A stretch of DNA of 64,000 bases from an uncultured Treponema sp. (lineage in GTDB: Bacteria > Spirochaetota > Spirochaetia > Treponematales > Treponemataceae). Every line of letters begins with the position of its first letter. Within the stretch, counting starts at the first letter, position 1. Shown here piece by piece: positions 19,339 through 28,868 of this stretch. Made by a program: the position numbers and the translations under genes. The notes under the pieces are model-generated. The model was not told the DNA's origin. It saw only the letters and a program-made list of their open reading frames with translations, and ran no database searches. Location of the stretch: assembly GCA_905372235.1 (NCBI GenBank), contig CAJPOF010000002.1, forward strand, positions 3,836 through 67,835. Direction: 5' to 3'.

Positions 19339-20373
19339 ATGACAGATGATAAGGTAATGCTTAAAGCAGAAGATTTGGACGGATACCTTACGGAAAACGA
19401 TATGAGGGAACTTAATCGCCTCGATGAGATGTTCAATGAGACGATGAAATATTTCTCTCCGATGAACAAAGAAAAAATAATAGAAGGCTACGACAAGATG
19501 GGACATGAAATGCAGAAAATATGTTCGTCCCATCCGAACATAAAGGTATACTCTTTTGAGACCGAAGAAGGCGCTCATGCCGAGGCAAGCCGTGTTATTT
19601 CCAAACTCAGGAACATAGAAACCGGTCATCAGGAATTCATGTACTACAGCCAGCGGGCAAACGAAATGCTTTTCAGAATGGCATACACGGATAAGCCCTG
19701 CGGAAAAAAAGGACATATAATCGTTAAAACGCCCGTGGATTTTCCCGCACAGAACTATGCTGTCCACAAAATCCCGAACATTGACGACCACATAGAAAAC
19801 ACTGTAATGTGCGTGATGCTCAGAGGTGCGCTTCTTCCAAGCATGATCATATCAAAAGAGATTGAGGAATATTCGTCGCACGGATACATAACTCCGTTCG
19901 CCCTTTTTAAAATCAGCAGAAACGATTCGAAAATCGAATCCAACATGGAATACATCCTCGACCTCAAAAAATCGTTTTTCGACCTTGGACAACTGGACGG
20001 AAAAGATTTGATTTTCGCAGATCCGATGAACGCCACAGGAGGTTCTCTTGTAACCGTTGTAAAATACCTCCAGTCGCAGGGAGTCCGCCCAAAATCCATC
20101 GCATTTTTTAATACCATATCAACGCTTAAAGGCTCTATACGTGTAACAAGGGCTTTGGATAACTGTACCTGCTATACCCTGTGGCTTGATCCTGTGATGA
20201 ACGAAAAGGCATACATAATGCCGGGGCTTGGAGATGCCGGCGACAGGCTGAACGGAGCGGACAAAAAAGACCATCCACGGAACATTATGCAGCTCATAGC
20301 GGATTACGGGCATAACATCTCATGTCTTTACCGTTCGCAGTTGTTCGAGATTGAAAAGACAGTATTGGGCTAG
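19339..20373 (+). CDS. upp: uracil phosphoribosyltransferase (long form)
   Basis: [20 protein letters not shown] loop, [12 protein letters not shown]. Confidence 0.88.
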   Translation: MTDDKVMLKAEDLDGYLTENDMRELNRLDEMFNETMKYFSPMNKEKIIEGYDKMGHEMQKICSSHPNIKVYSFETEEGAHAEASRVISKLRNIETGHQEFMYYSQRANEMLFRMAYTDKPCGKKGHIIVKTPVDFPAQNYAVHKIPNIDDHIENTVMCVMLRGALLPSMIISKEIEEYSSHGYITPFALFKISRNDSKIESNMEYILDLKKSFFDLGQLDGKDLIFADPMNATGGSLVTVVKYLQSQGVRPKSIAFFNTISTLKGSIRVTRALDNCTCYTLWLDPVMNEKAYIMPGLGDAGDRLNGADKKDHPRNIMQLIADYGHNISCLYRSQLFEIEKTVLG

Positions 20374-20389
20374 ACGGAATTTTTGTAAA

Positions 20390-21040
20390 ATGAAAAAGGT
20401 CTGCTTCATTGTACCTTTCATAATGTTGTCCGCCTCATTTTTGTTTTTCTCCTGCGCCACGTCCTTTCATCTTCCCGTTCCCGGAGAATCAAGGGTAATC
20501 CGTTCTTCAATCTATTCGGAATACATGACAATAGCGGACGCTTACAGCGAGCTTAAAAAATATGACAAGGCATCCCAATATTACGAGCTTGCAAAAAAAA
20601 ACAAGAACCTTTACTGGACAGCGACTTACAGCCAAGCCCGATGCAATGTTCTGAACGGAAAATACGGCGAGGCTCTTTTAGCATACGAAAAACTTCTTGC
20701 ACGGGACGGCGAAAACCTGAGCCTTATGATGTCCATGGCTTATCTTTATGCTGTTACGGGAGACGTAGAAAAGGCGGAAAAAACATATTCCGAACTCTGG
20801 GAAAAAAATCCTGACAATCCAGATGTGCTTGTAAACTATATAAGCGTTCTTTTTGCATCGAAAAATATTGAAGATGCAAAATCCAAGGTGGCGGAACTCA
20901 AGGAAAAATTTCCCGGAAACAAGAGCGTTTCCGATTTTGAGGCAAAACTCAAGGAACTTGAGAAAAAATCCGAGCAAAAAGAAAACGGTTCTGTTTCAGG
21001 CGAAAAACCTGCACCTGAAAAAAACGGCGGAAAAATCTAG
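20390..21040 (+). CDS. TPR-repeat lipoprotein
   Basis: FFSC lipobox, repeated TPR-like helices (Y..A..YY, Y.EA...YEKLL). Confidence 0.75.
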   Translation: MKKVCFIVPFIMLSASFLFFSCATSFHLPVPGESRVIRSSIYSEYMTIADAYSELKKYDKASQYYELAKKNKNLYWTATYSQARCNVLNGKYGEALLAYEKLLARDGENLSLMMSMAYLYAVTGDVEKAEKTYSELWEKNPDNPDVLVNYISVLFASKNIEDAKSKVAELKEKFPGNKSVSDFEAKLKELEKKSEQKENGSVSGEKPAPEKNGGKI

Positions 21041-22281
21041 GTCAGTCGTTTTTTTCTGTTTTTTATGAATTCCATGTACTTTCCGATGTCCACATGAAAT
21101 GCGGTTACACGGCTTTTTCCGTCTTCCATGGATCTTCTAAGAGCTTCCTCCGCTTCCGTAAGAAGCCTTTCGTTTGAAAGAATCCTTCCGGAACGGCTTG
21201 AGATTCCCGAAAAACAGGGCGTGCTTTCGCCTTCGAATAATTCGTTTATGTTCTGAAGAAGTTTTTCAGCATAGATTTCGGCGTCTTTCACGGACATGTC
21301 TTTTCTTATAAGCGCAAAACCGTCTTCCTTGTAGTCGAAAATCAGGTTTCTGAACGGATTTTCGCCAAGGACAAAATCCGCGATTTTTCTGATGTCTTCC
21401 TCGGCGGAAATATTTAAAATCCTTACAAGGATAAGGGAAAGTTCCTGCTCTCCAGAGGCGGAGCGTACAAGTTCGTTTTCAAGGCGACCTTTTAGCTGGC
21501 TTTCATTCAAAAATCCCGTCCTTACGGAAAAAATATCTTTCGCTTCGTTTTGTTCTTCTTTTTCTTCAGAATCCTCTTCCTGTATTGGCGTTGAAGGAAT
21601 TTCGTATTCTTTTTCTGTCTCCGAAACGCTGGAATTTTCATAAATCATTTTATTTTCGTTTGAAATTTCGTCTTTTTCAGTGATTTTTTCTTCGCCTTCA
21701 GAAAAAGCGTCTTTTTCAACTGAATTTTCATTAGATTCTAAAGAAAGTTCCTCGTTTTCGTTAAAAATCTCTTCGGCTTCGTTTTCGGAAGTCGTAAGAT
21801 TTTCCGCGTCTTTTTTTGCGGTCAGCGTAAAATAAAAAATAAGTACCAGCGAAAAAATCGTTCCGATCAATATGACGATGAAAGAAAACCTTGCGTAGCG
21901 GAAAATCACTGAAGGCCGCAGTTTGTATATGGCAAGGACCGAAGTGTATGTTCCATCGTTCGATTTTATGGTCTTTCTGTAGACTTTCACAAGCGGCGTT
22001 GAATAAGAATCTTTTGCTCCTTCGTTCGGATACGAAAAAACGGGCTTTCCGTCCTTTTCGATGTAGATTGCTTCGTAGCCGTCAAGATCCTTGAAAACGT
22101 GCGAAAAATCCAGTCTGTCTCCGTTACGTTCAATCGAATCCGTTACAAATCCGTATGCTCTTTCGGCTCTTGCGTCTCCGTGAAAATATTCGTTTGCCAT
22201 GTTGTAGAAGAAAAATCCGACGCAGAAGGCAAAGATTGCGGAAATAATTACAGTGTAAACAGTTATGCTTTTTCTTTTCAT
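21037..22281 (-). CDS. membrane protein with degenerate GGDEF domain
   Basis: 2 TM helices, acidic linker, RTGFLN..RLENE..R, DYKEDGF in place of RYGGEEF, GIS, LLTEAEEALRRS..GKSRV. Confidence 0.7.
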   Translation of the reverse strand: MKRKSITVYTVIISAIFAFCVGFFFYNMANEYFHGDARAERAYGFVTDSIERNGDRLDFSHVFKDLDGYEAIYIEKDGKPVFSYPNEGAKDSYSTPLVKVYRKTIKSNDGTYTSVLAIYKLRPSVIFRYARFSFIVILIGTIFSLVLIFYFTLTAKKDAENLTTSENEAEEIFNENEELSLESNENSVEKDAFSEGEEKITEKDEISNENKMIYENSSVSETEKEYEIPSTPIQEEDSEEKEEQNEAKDIFSVRTGFLNESQLKGRLENELVRSASGEQELSLILVRILNISAEEDIRKIADFVLGENPFRNLIFDYKEDGFALIRKDMSVKDAEIYAEKLLQNINELFEGESTPCFSGISSRSGRILSNERLLTEAEEALRRSMEDGKSRVTAFHVDIGKYMEFIKNRKKRLT

Positions 22282-22284
22282 TTC

Positions 22285-23772
22285 CTAAGTATATCGTGTA
22301 ACATCTTCAAAGGCAAGTTTCATGGCTTTGTCGAACGGAATGTTCATGGAAAATTCGATGTGCGATATGTATGGAAGAACGGCTTTTACCAAAGGAAAAT
22401 CAAAGAGTTCCTCCGTTCCTATGCCTTTTTTTTCAAGGATTTCAATGTCTTTTTTTGTGAACGAAGAAAAACTGTTGTAGTCGAACGCAGCTTTTTCAGA
22501 TTCCGGATTTCCTTTTCCGTGTATGTGATATACAAAATCTTCGAAGGAAAAATCAAGAGCGGATTTTTTCATATATGAGATAAAGGACGACTTGTATGAA
22601 TCAAGGAGTTCCGTGGTAGCCGTGTTTTTGGAAAGTTTTATAAGAGCTGACCTGAACAGGAGTTTTACGAAATTTTCTTCGTATGTTTTTGTTCGGTTTG
22701 AAGGAAACAGAAAGTTTTTTTCAAGGTATGTTCCTTTTGCGTAAGATTTTCCGTTCGAGTACGAAAAATCCGCTCCGAAAATCAAAATATCTTTGAAACC
22801 CGATTTTATCGCGAAATCCAATGCGCAAATCGTAACAGTTCCGGCTCCGCTTTCGATATCGATGAAGCATTTTTTTCCTTGGGTGTTTTCGGCGTATGAT
22901 GAAAGCGGATGCCCTGATTTTGCGAAAACCACATTGTTTCCGCTGTGCAATGCGCTTCTTACTGAAGACGGATTTGCCTGAAGGTCAAATACAAAAAGGG
23001 TTTTTTTTTGGAATCCTGAAAGAAAATGCGTGTGAGAGACAAACTGTCCGTCAAGCGAGAATACAGCGTCGCAGAAAACGCCGTTTTTTTTGAGCGAAGG
23101 GTAGGCGGTGTCCGTGGAGATTATGTATAGATTTTTTTTGTTCCGCCTTAGAAAATCAATTTTTTTTTCAAGTGAAGGTCCTGCGGCTATTACTGCCGCC
23201 GTTTTTGTGTTGTCGATGTCAAAAAAAACTTCTGATTCGGCGGCTTTTAAGTTCTTTAGAATATTGTGCTGCCATATTTTTCCGAACCTGCACTGGGTTG
23301 AAAAATCTATCGAAATTTCTTTAAGAGTGGATTTTACCGTGTCTCTGAGTTTTGCGCTTTTCTCTTTGTTTTCATCAAGCCAAGGTCTGTATTCGATGAG
23401 CGAAAATTTTCTATGCAGCGCAGGAATATAGTTTTGAAGAAGGCACTCTCTTGCTTTTTCGATGTTGCAGATTAAAACCATCTTGTCGCTAAAAAGCGCT
23501 TTGCAAAAATCAATATTTTCTTTAAGAAATTTTATGTCTTCCTCGGAATTTTCTACGACCATGATTTTTGCATTTGGATATTTTTTTCTTATCGCAGCGA
23601 CGTGGTAGCCTCCGCATAGCCCCGGAATAACAAAGAATGACGCTTCTTCTATAGAGGAGGCGAACGATTCAGCCTCTTTTTCAGGGTCGTATTTTGAGGC
23701 GGACGGTTTTCCGCTTTTGAAAACCGGAATTATTTTTCCGCTTTTGCTTTGAATCGTTCCGCCGTATGTCAT
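22285..23772 (-). CDS. Maf-family (DUF115/MptE-like) glycosyltransferase
   Basis: SKYDPEKEA N-terminal motif, IAAGPSL, STDTA, SLDG, GTV, FGADFS. Confidence 0.75.
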   Translation of the reverse strand: MTYGGTIQSKSGKIIPVFKSGKPSASKYDPEKEAESFASSIEEASFFVIPGLCGGYHVAAIRKKYPNAKIMVVENSEEDIKFLKENIDFCKALFSDKMVLICNIEKARECLLQNYIPALHRKFSLIEYRPWLDENKEKSAKLRDTVKSTLKEISIDFSTQCRFGKIWQHNILKNLKAAESEVFFDIDNTKTAAVIAAGPSLEKKIDFLRRNKKNLYIISTDTAYPSLKKNGVFCDAVFSLDGQFVSHTHFLSGFQKKTLFVFDLQANPSSVRSALHSGNNVVFAKSGHPLSSYAENTQGKKCFIDIESGAGTVTICALDFAIKSGFKDILIFGADFSYSNGKSYAKGTYLEKNFLFPSNRTKTYEENFVKLLFRSALIKLSKNTATTELLDSYKSSFISYMKKSALDFSFEDFVYHIHGKGNPESEKAAFDYNSFSSFTKKDIEILEKKGIGTEELFDFPLVKAVLPYISHIEFSMNIPFDKAMKLAFEDVTRYT

Positions 23773-25292
23773 GTTCCGCTACCTATAATCCGGACTACGC
23801 TTGAAAAAAAAGTGTCTTTTTTTTCATCGATATTTTTTTTCATCTTTTTTATTGCATCCTCGTCCTTCAGTTTTTCCATGAAAATATGCTCCGCCTTGAA
23901 TATGCTTTTTTCGAACTCGGCGGATTTTTCTGCGTCCGAGATGAAATCTCTTATGATTTTTTTCGTAACGGATTTTTTTTCATCGTCTATCATTGGATTT
24001 TCGATGATTTTTATGCGTTCTGTTTTTGTGCGTAGGCTTTCTAGGTAACGTTCAAAATACGAAAAATCAACGTCCTTTATTTTTCCAAGGTTGTGCCTGT
24101 ATTTGTAGTTGTCGGAGAGCCTGAAAAATTTTTCGCAGAAATTTTTTGATGCTGAACTGAACCAGTTTCTGTAGATTTCAAGGCTGTTCGAACCGAATCT
24201 TTCTGCGGAAAGGCGAGATTCGCGGCTGTGTATGCGGTTTTCGTTTTTGGCTGAATTTTCTTCGTTTCTATTCGGCATTGCGTGCTGATTTCCGGGCGCG
24301 CTTTCCAAATCAAGTCCGCACGCAAAAATTTTTCCGCTTGTAAGCGAAAGCGAAAGAAATAGCATCGTGCCGCTTACCGTTCCGTTTCTTTTTGCGGATA
24401 TGAACGGAAGATTCAGTTTTTCAAAAATCTTTTTTGTCAAAAAAGATGCAGAGCCGTCATTGTACAAAAGAGGAAGAATCTTTGAAGTTTCCGTAAGTTT
24501 TTTGGGAAATGCGGCTTCGTTCGTAATCGCTACGGGAAAATCGTAGCGTCTGTCATATTCAAGATGATTTTTTGCCCAGAATCCCCCGTCGGTCGAGAGC
24601 GCAAGGTCAGGAACGATTCCGTTTTTTAAAAGAACCGATATGGCCGAAGACGCCGCTATAAGGAAAAAGCGTTCCCTGTTTTTTGCAAGAAACGGAAGCG
24701 CGCCTTCAAGACTCGGACCGCTTGCGCACATTACTATCGGTTCGTTTCCGCTTTTGATCCGGCACGTTTTTTTTAGCCGGATATTGAATATAATCGAATT
24801 TTTAAACCACCTTTTTGAAAAGTAACTTTCGGTCAGAAAAGAAGTCTTTGATTTTTCGATTATTTTTTTTACGGAACAGGAAAACGCTTTCATTTCAGAT
24901 GAAAATATTTTTGCAGACGGCTGCCATTCCAAAAAGAGGGCGGAGCATAGTTCGCTTTCGCCTAGTGCATCATATACTTTTTCCTCGAAGTCAATCGGAT
25001 TTTCTTTTCTGAAATGAAATACGCCTGAAAAAAACTTGTCGTATGAAGAAAAATCATTTACAAATCTGACCGCAAATATTTCGATTCCTGGAAAACGTTT
25101 TTTCAAAGGTTCTGCGCAATAAGAAATGCCCGGCTCTATGATAAAAATTTTTGACGGCTTGAAGTCTATGTTTATGGCGCAAGCAAATCTTTCCGCTTCC
25201 AGTTCAGGATTGTAGGAAGAATGCATTGTGAGGCCGTTTATTTTGCAGGTTTTTGAGCCGTTTTTTGCTTCGCTAAAAATTATTTCGTACAT
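23769..25292 (-). CDS. Maf-family (DUF115/MptE-like) glycosyltransferase
   Basis: HSSYNPELEAERF, CASGPSL, PD...STDGG, GTVSG, CGLDL; ATGA overlap with downstream paralog. Confidence 0.75.
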   Translation of the reverse strand: MYEIIFSEAKNGSKTCKINGLTMHSSYNPELEAERFACAINIDFKPSKIFIIEPGISYCAEPLKKRFPGIEIFAVRFVNDFSSYDKFFSGVFHFRKENPIDFEEKVYDALGESELCSALFLEWQPSAKIFSSEMKAFSCSVKKIIEKSKTSFLTESYFSKRWFKNSIIFNIRLKKTCRIKSGNEPIVMCASGPSLEGALPFLAKNRERFFLIAASSAISVLLKNGIVPDLALSTDGGFWAKNHLEYDRRYDFPVAITNEAAFPKKLTETSKILPLLYNDGSASFLTKKIFEKLNLPFISAKRNGTVSGTMLFLSLSLTSGKIFACGLDLESAPGNQHAMPNRNEENSAKNENRIHSRESRLSAERFGSNSLEIYRNWFSSASKNFCEKFFRLSDNYKYRHNLGKIKDVDFSYFERYLESLRTKTERIKIIENPMIDDEKKSVTKKIIRDFISDAEKSAEFEKSIFKAEHIFMEKLKDEDAIKKMKKNIDEKKDTFFSSVVRIIGSGT

Positions 25293-25293
25293 G

Positions 25294-25320
25294 AAAAATG
25301 GGCTGTTTTTACACAGCCCA
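25294..25320 (-). terminator. intrinsic terminator-like hairpin directly before maf start
   Basis: Minus strand TGGGCTGT-GTAAAA-ACAGCCCA-TTTTT. Confidence 0.65.
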
Positions 25321-25344
25321 CCGATTCTAGCAGATTAATTTACA

Positions 25345-27690
25345 TCATGAAAGCCCAAGTTCGGAAAACAGTTTTTTGTATGTCACGAACTGCTCTGATT
25401 TTGCAAATTCCATTATCTTGTCTTCGGGAAGATTTTCAAGCAATTGATCCATGTAAAGAAGAACGGATTTTATGTCTGACTTTATGTCGTCGGGTAGAGT
25501 TCTGTCCTCTGCGTTTGATTCCGTTGTTTCTTCGGAAATCGATTCTGCCGGAGAAGAAACTTCCTCTTTCGCAGTCGGGAAAGATTCCTGCTTCGTCTCG
25601 ATTTGCGGTTCTTCGAAAGCCACGCTAGGCTCTTCGGCGGCGACAGGCGGAACATCCGCATCGACGATAGCGTTTTCATCTTTCGCAAGATATTCTACGT
25701 TCTCGTAGGTTATTGCGTCCTCAACTGTCGGCGGCTCTTCCATAATATCGTCGATAAACGGATCTCGTATCTTTTCGGTTTCGTCGATTTTCACCGATTC
25801 CATGAAATCGGAAGGATTTGAATCCACCATTATGTCGTCGGCGTTCTCCGAAGTTTCTTCGGGAAGAATTTCGTCCACTTTTGGAATGTCAATTTCTTCG
25901 GGGAGGGAATCCTCCGTAATTATCTCAAGGTTCGGCTCTTCCGGTTCGGCTTCTTCCATTCCGAGACTCAAGCCGGAGTCTGTTTCCTCTTCGGAAGCAA
26001 ATGCGTCGCTTGGCTCTGTTTCAAATGTGTCAGTTACCAAAGGCTCTTCGAGAGACGGAACTTCCTCTTCTATAATGCCGCTTTCTTCCGGCATCGGAGT
26101 CGGTGCGGAATATAAAGAATCATCGAAGGCAGGCTCGTCTATTATGTCGTCAGGGATTGTATCAGGAATGTCGGATGCCGCCGCTGTTTCTTCCTGAATA
26201 TCCTCGTTCTCGTCAAATGACTCTGGTTCTGCAGGTTCGCTCTTGACTTCTTCCTGCATTCCAAAATCCTCTGTGGGAGACATTTCGACAAAATCGTTGG
26301 AAACGGAAACTTCCGGCTCTGAGTCTGAATTTGCGGAAAGCGAAGTGTCCGATGCGTCGGAAAAAGAGTCCGAAATCGGAGAGAACGCTTCGTTTTCTTG
26401 GCTCATATCGAATGTTGTCTCTTCAGCCGATGGTTCGACATCGTTTACGAAAGTTTCTTCGGTGAAACCCGCAGCCTCTTTTGTTTCTGCGTCGGGAGAA
26501 ACATTTTCCACGACTTCTTCGGTGAAGTCAGCGGAATTCATTATGTTTGAAAGCTCGTCGCCTGAAAGGGCTATAGTTTCGTCTTCATCGCTGTTTCCGA
26601 AGAATCCTGAAGGCTCTTCCGTAGCGGGAGTTTCTATTTCCGCCTCATTTTCCTGCGTGGCGCAAGAAGGTAGGGCGGGCTCGATAGAACTCTTTTCTCG
26701 CAGTTCTGCAAGATCGTTTTTGAGATTTGAAATCTCGTCTTTCAATCCTGATAAATCCGAAATGATTCGTTCTAAAAGTTCATTGTTTATTGCTGTGTTT
26801 TCCGTAGTCGTCTCCTTTTCCTCTGCCTTTGCATCGGTTTTGATTTCTTTTATTACGGGGGCGGATGAAACCTCGTCATCTTCAGTTATAGCTAAATCAT
26901 AATCTATCACAGTCTGCTTTGGGGCAGCATGGCTTTCTCCGCCCGTTCCGAATTCCGTAAGATCTACGTCTTCCGATTCGACGGACGAACTTATTGCTTT
27001 TGCGGCGGCATCCGCGGTCGCGGCGTCGCTTTCTGCCATGCTGAAATCGTCCAAGGAGATTTCTTCCATCGCACCTGTGTCTATCGATGAAAAATCAACT
27101 TTTTTTTCGGGAACTGTTTTTTCCGGCTCAGGCTCGCTTTCGTAGTCGGAATCATAGTCCGTCTCTTCAGAAATTTCTTCCGTCTGAACCTCGTCTTCTT
27201 TAGGCGTGTTAAAATTAAGGCTTATGTCAAGAGCCTCGTCGTTTGCAACATCGTCTTCTTTTTCGGAACTTGAAGAAGATCCGAAATCGTCTCCGTCAAG
27301 AAAGTCGTCAAGCGAAATCTCCTCGCTTGAGCCTGAAGAGTCTCCTACAAAACTGTCAAGGTCTATTTCCTCTGTGCTTTCGGAAGAACCCGGCATTCCG
27401 GAAGCAGAATCGTCAAGAAAATCGTCCAATGAAATGTCGCTTGAAAGTTCTATGTTTCCGTCGTCGTTTTTGCTTTCTTCTTCGGTAAAAGGATTGTCTT
27501 TAAGCTCGTCCGACTCAATTGGCTCAGGAATGTCTGAAAAGTCGGGAAGATCGAAATCTTCTTCGATTATATTTGAGGTTTTTTCTTCTGTTTCCGGGAT
27601 AATCGTGTCTTCATTGGAATCCTGGGGAGGTCTTTTTACCCATACCCCATAACTGTCCAATTCGTTTGTGTTTCCTGTCGGGTTATCCAT
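25345..27690 (-). CDS. large acidic low-complexity protein with central coiled coil and helical C-terminus
   Basis: RBS GAGGA before ATG 27690; LDSYGVWVK N-terminus; very D/E-rich; C-terminal DIKSVLLYMDQLLENLPEDKIMEFAKSE. Confidence 0.85.
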   Translation of the reverse strand: MDNPTGNTNELDSYGVWVKRPPQDSNEDTIIPETEEKTSNIIEEDFDLPDFSDIPEPIESDELKDNPFTEEESKNDDGNIELSSDISLDDFLDDSASGMPGSSESTEEIDLDSFVGDSSGSSEEISLDDFLDGDDFGSSSSSEKEDDVANDEALDISLNFNTPKEDEVQTEEISEETDYDSDYESEPEPEKTVPEKKVDFSSIDTGAMEEISLDDFSMAESDAATADAAAKAISSSVESEDVDLTEFGTGGESHAAPKQTVIDYDLAITEDDEVSSAPVIKEIKTDAKAEEKETTTENTAINNELLERIISDLSGLKDEISNLKNDLAELREKSSIEPALPSCATQENEAEIETPATEEPSGFFGNSDEDETIALSGDELSNIMNSADFTEEVVENVSPDAETKEAAGFTEETFVNDVEPSAEETTFDMSQENEAFSPISDSFSDASDTSLSANSDSEPEVSVSNDFVEMSPTEDFGMQEEVKSEPAEPESFDENEDIQEETAAASDIPDTIPDDIIDEPAFDDSLYSAPTPMPEESGIIEEEVPSLEEPLVTDTFETEPSDAFASEEETDSGLSLGMEEAEPEEPNLEIITEDSLPEEIDIPKVDEILPEETSENADDIMVDSNPSDFMESVKIDETEKIRDPFIDDIMEEPPTVEDAITYENVEYLAKDENAIVDADVPPVAAEEPSVAFEEPQIETKQESFPTAKEEVSSPAESISEETTESNAEDRTLPDDIKSDIKSVLLYMDQLLENLPEDKIMEFAKSEQFVTYKKLFSELGLS

Positions 27691-27801
27691 AAAAACTTCC
27701 TCTTTGGCTTTGGCGTTCCTTCTTTCAATTATCGGCAGAAATAACGTAAGCAATAGCACTTTCTTTAGAATTATAGTTGATTATATCATATATTTTCACT
27801 T

Positions 27802-27828
27802 TAAGAAAACAAAAAGATATGCCGATAA
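27802..27828 (+). promoter_or_regulatory. sigma28 (FliA)-like promoter upstream of ftsB/divIC
   Basis: TAAG-N15-GCCGATAA versus consensus TAAA-N15-GCCGATAA. Confidence 0.55.
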
Positions 27829-27838
27829 TCAGTCCATA

Positions 27839-28333
27839 ATGAAAGGTATCAAGTTCCTGATAGCGATTTTCATAGCTACATTCGCTTATGTGTCAATTTC
27901 GTTCTTTGCAGGAAGTAGCGGGCTATGGGCGTATAGTCAACTTGTTGAACAGAAAAAGGAAATCGCAAGAAGGACGGACTCTATCCAGGCAATCAACAAT
28001 GAACTTAGGCTTGAATACAACGCTCTTTTGAAAGACGAGGACGTTATAGCCGCCTACGCTAGAAAACTCGACTATGTTTCCGACGGAGAAAAACTCGTTA
28101 AGATTTCAGGGCTAAAACCATACCAAGGAACGCTTTACGATACAGGAACCGCCACAAAGCACAAAGAGGGGACTTTCTTTTCCGAGGCTTTGTGCAAAAT
28201 CCTTTCGCTTTCGATAGGACTTCTTTCGCTTTTCATAATGTTTCTTTTTGACCTTGGAAGAGGAAACTTCAATCGTCCCAAAAAACGCAGAACCATAAAG
28301 GAGATTCCGATATATGAAGTGCCTCAAATCTGA
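27839..28333 (+). CDS. FtsB/DivIC septum formation initiator family protein
   Basis: TM helix, GxxG, coiled coil, YARKLDYV..GE; extra C-terminal TM. Confidence 0.8.
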   Translation: MKGIKFLIAIFIATFAYVSISFFAGSSGLWAYSQLVEQKKEIARRTDSIQAINNELRLEYNALLKDEDVIAAYARKLDYVSDGEKLVKISGLKPYQGTLYDTGTATKHKEGTFFSEALCKILSLSIGLLSLFIMFLFDLGRGNFNRPKKRRTIKEIPIYEVPQI

Positions 28334-28868
28334 CAAAGGCTCTGCAAAAATTGCCGGAAACCTGCTCAAAGAAGGGAAGGTGCTTATCCTTCCAACGGAC
28401 ACCGTATACGGTTTTTCAGGAATCATAGGAAAGACAGAAGACCTTATAAGAAAAATAAAGGGTAGAAAAGAGGATAAGCCGTTCATCGTTCTTTTGTCCG
28501 AACCTTCAAAACTAAAAGAACTTTCAGACGACACGATTCCCGAAAATCTTCTGAAATCCTGGCCCGGACCTCTTACGGTAATAGTCCGCTCAAAAATAGA
28601 CCCTTTGTCCACAGTCGCCGTTAGATGCCCCGGAGATCCGTGGCTAAGGGATGTTATCGCATTTGCGGGAAAACCTATATATTCCACGAGCGTAAACCGA
28701 AGCGGAATGCCTTTGCTTGCAACTCAAAAAGAAATCCTTGACGAGTTTGAGGACGAAGTTTCGCTTGTGGTGCTTGACGGGGATTTAAAAAATCCTGTAC
28801 CTTCCACAATTGTCTCTCTTTGCGAAGGCGGCTTCAATGTGGTAAGAAAGGGCGCACTGGAACTTTAG
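28314..28868 (+). CDS. tsaC: L-threonylcarbamoyladenylate synthase (TsaC/Sua5/YrdC)
   Basis: PTDTVYG, KGR..DKP, WPGPLT, STSVNRSG, PSTIV. Confidence 0.9.
   Translation: MKCLKSDKGSAKIAGNLLKEGKVLILPTDTVYGFSGIIGKTEDLIRKIKGRKEDKPFIVLLSEPSKLKELSDDTIPENLLKSWPGPLTVIVRSKIDPLSTVAVRCPGDPWLRDVIAFAGKPIYSTSVNRSGMPLLATQKEILDEFEDEVSLVVLDGDLKNPVPSTIVSLCEGGFNVVRKGALEL

Noticed and set aside
22285..25292. Maf/DUF115 pair as MptE-type FolK replacement feeding folP
   Set aside because: Length (~500 aa) and the N-terminal S.Y.P..EA domain fit Maf better than short MptE; not adjacent to folP; not fully excluded without assay
25472..27652. Several Ser-rich + strand ORFs
   Set aside because: Antisense shadows of the Glu/Asp-rich gene
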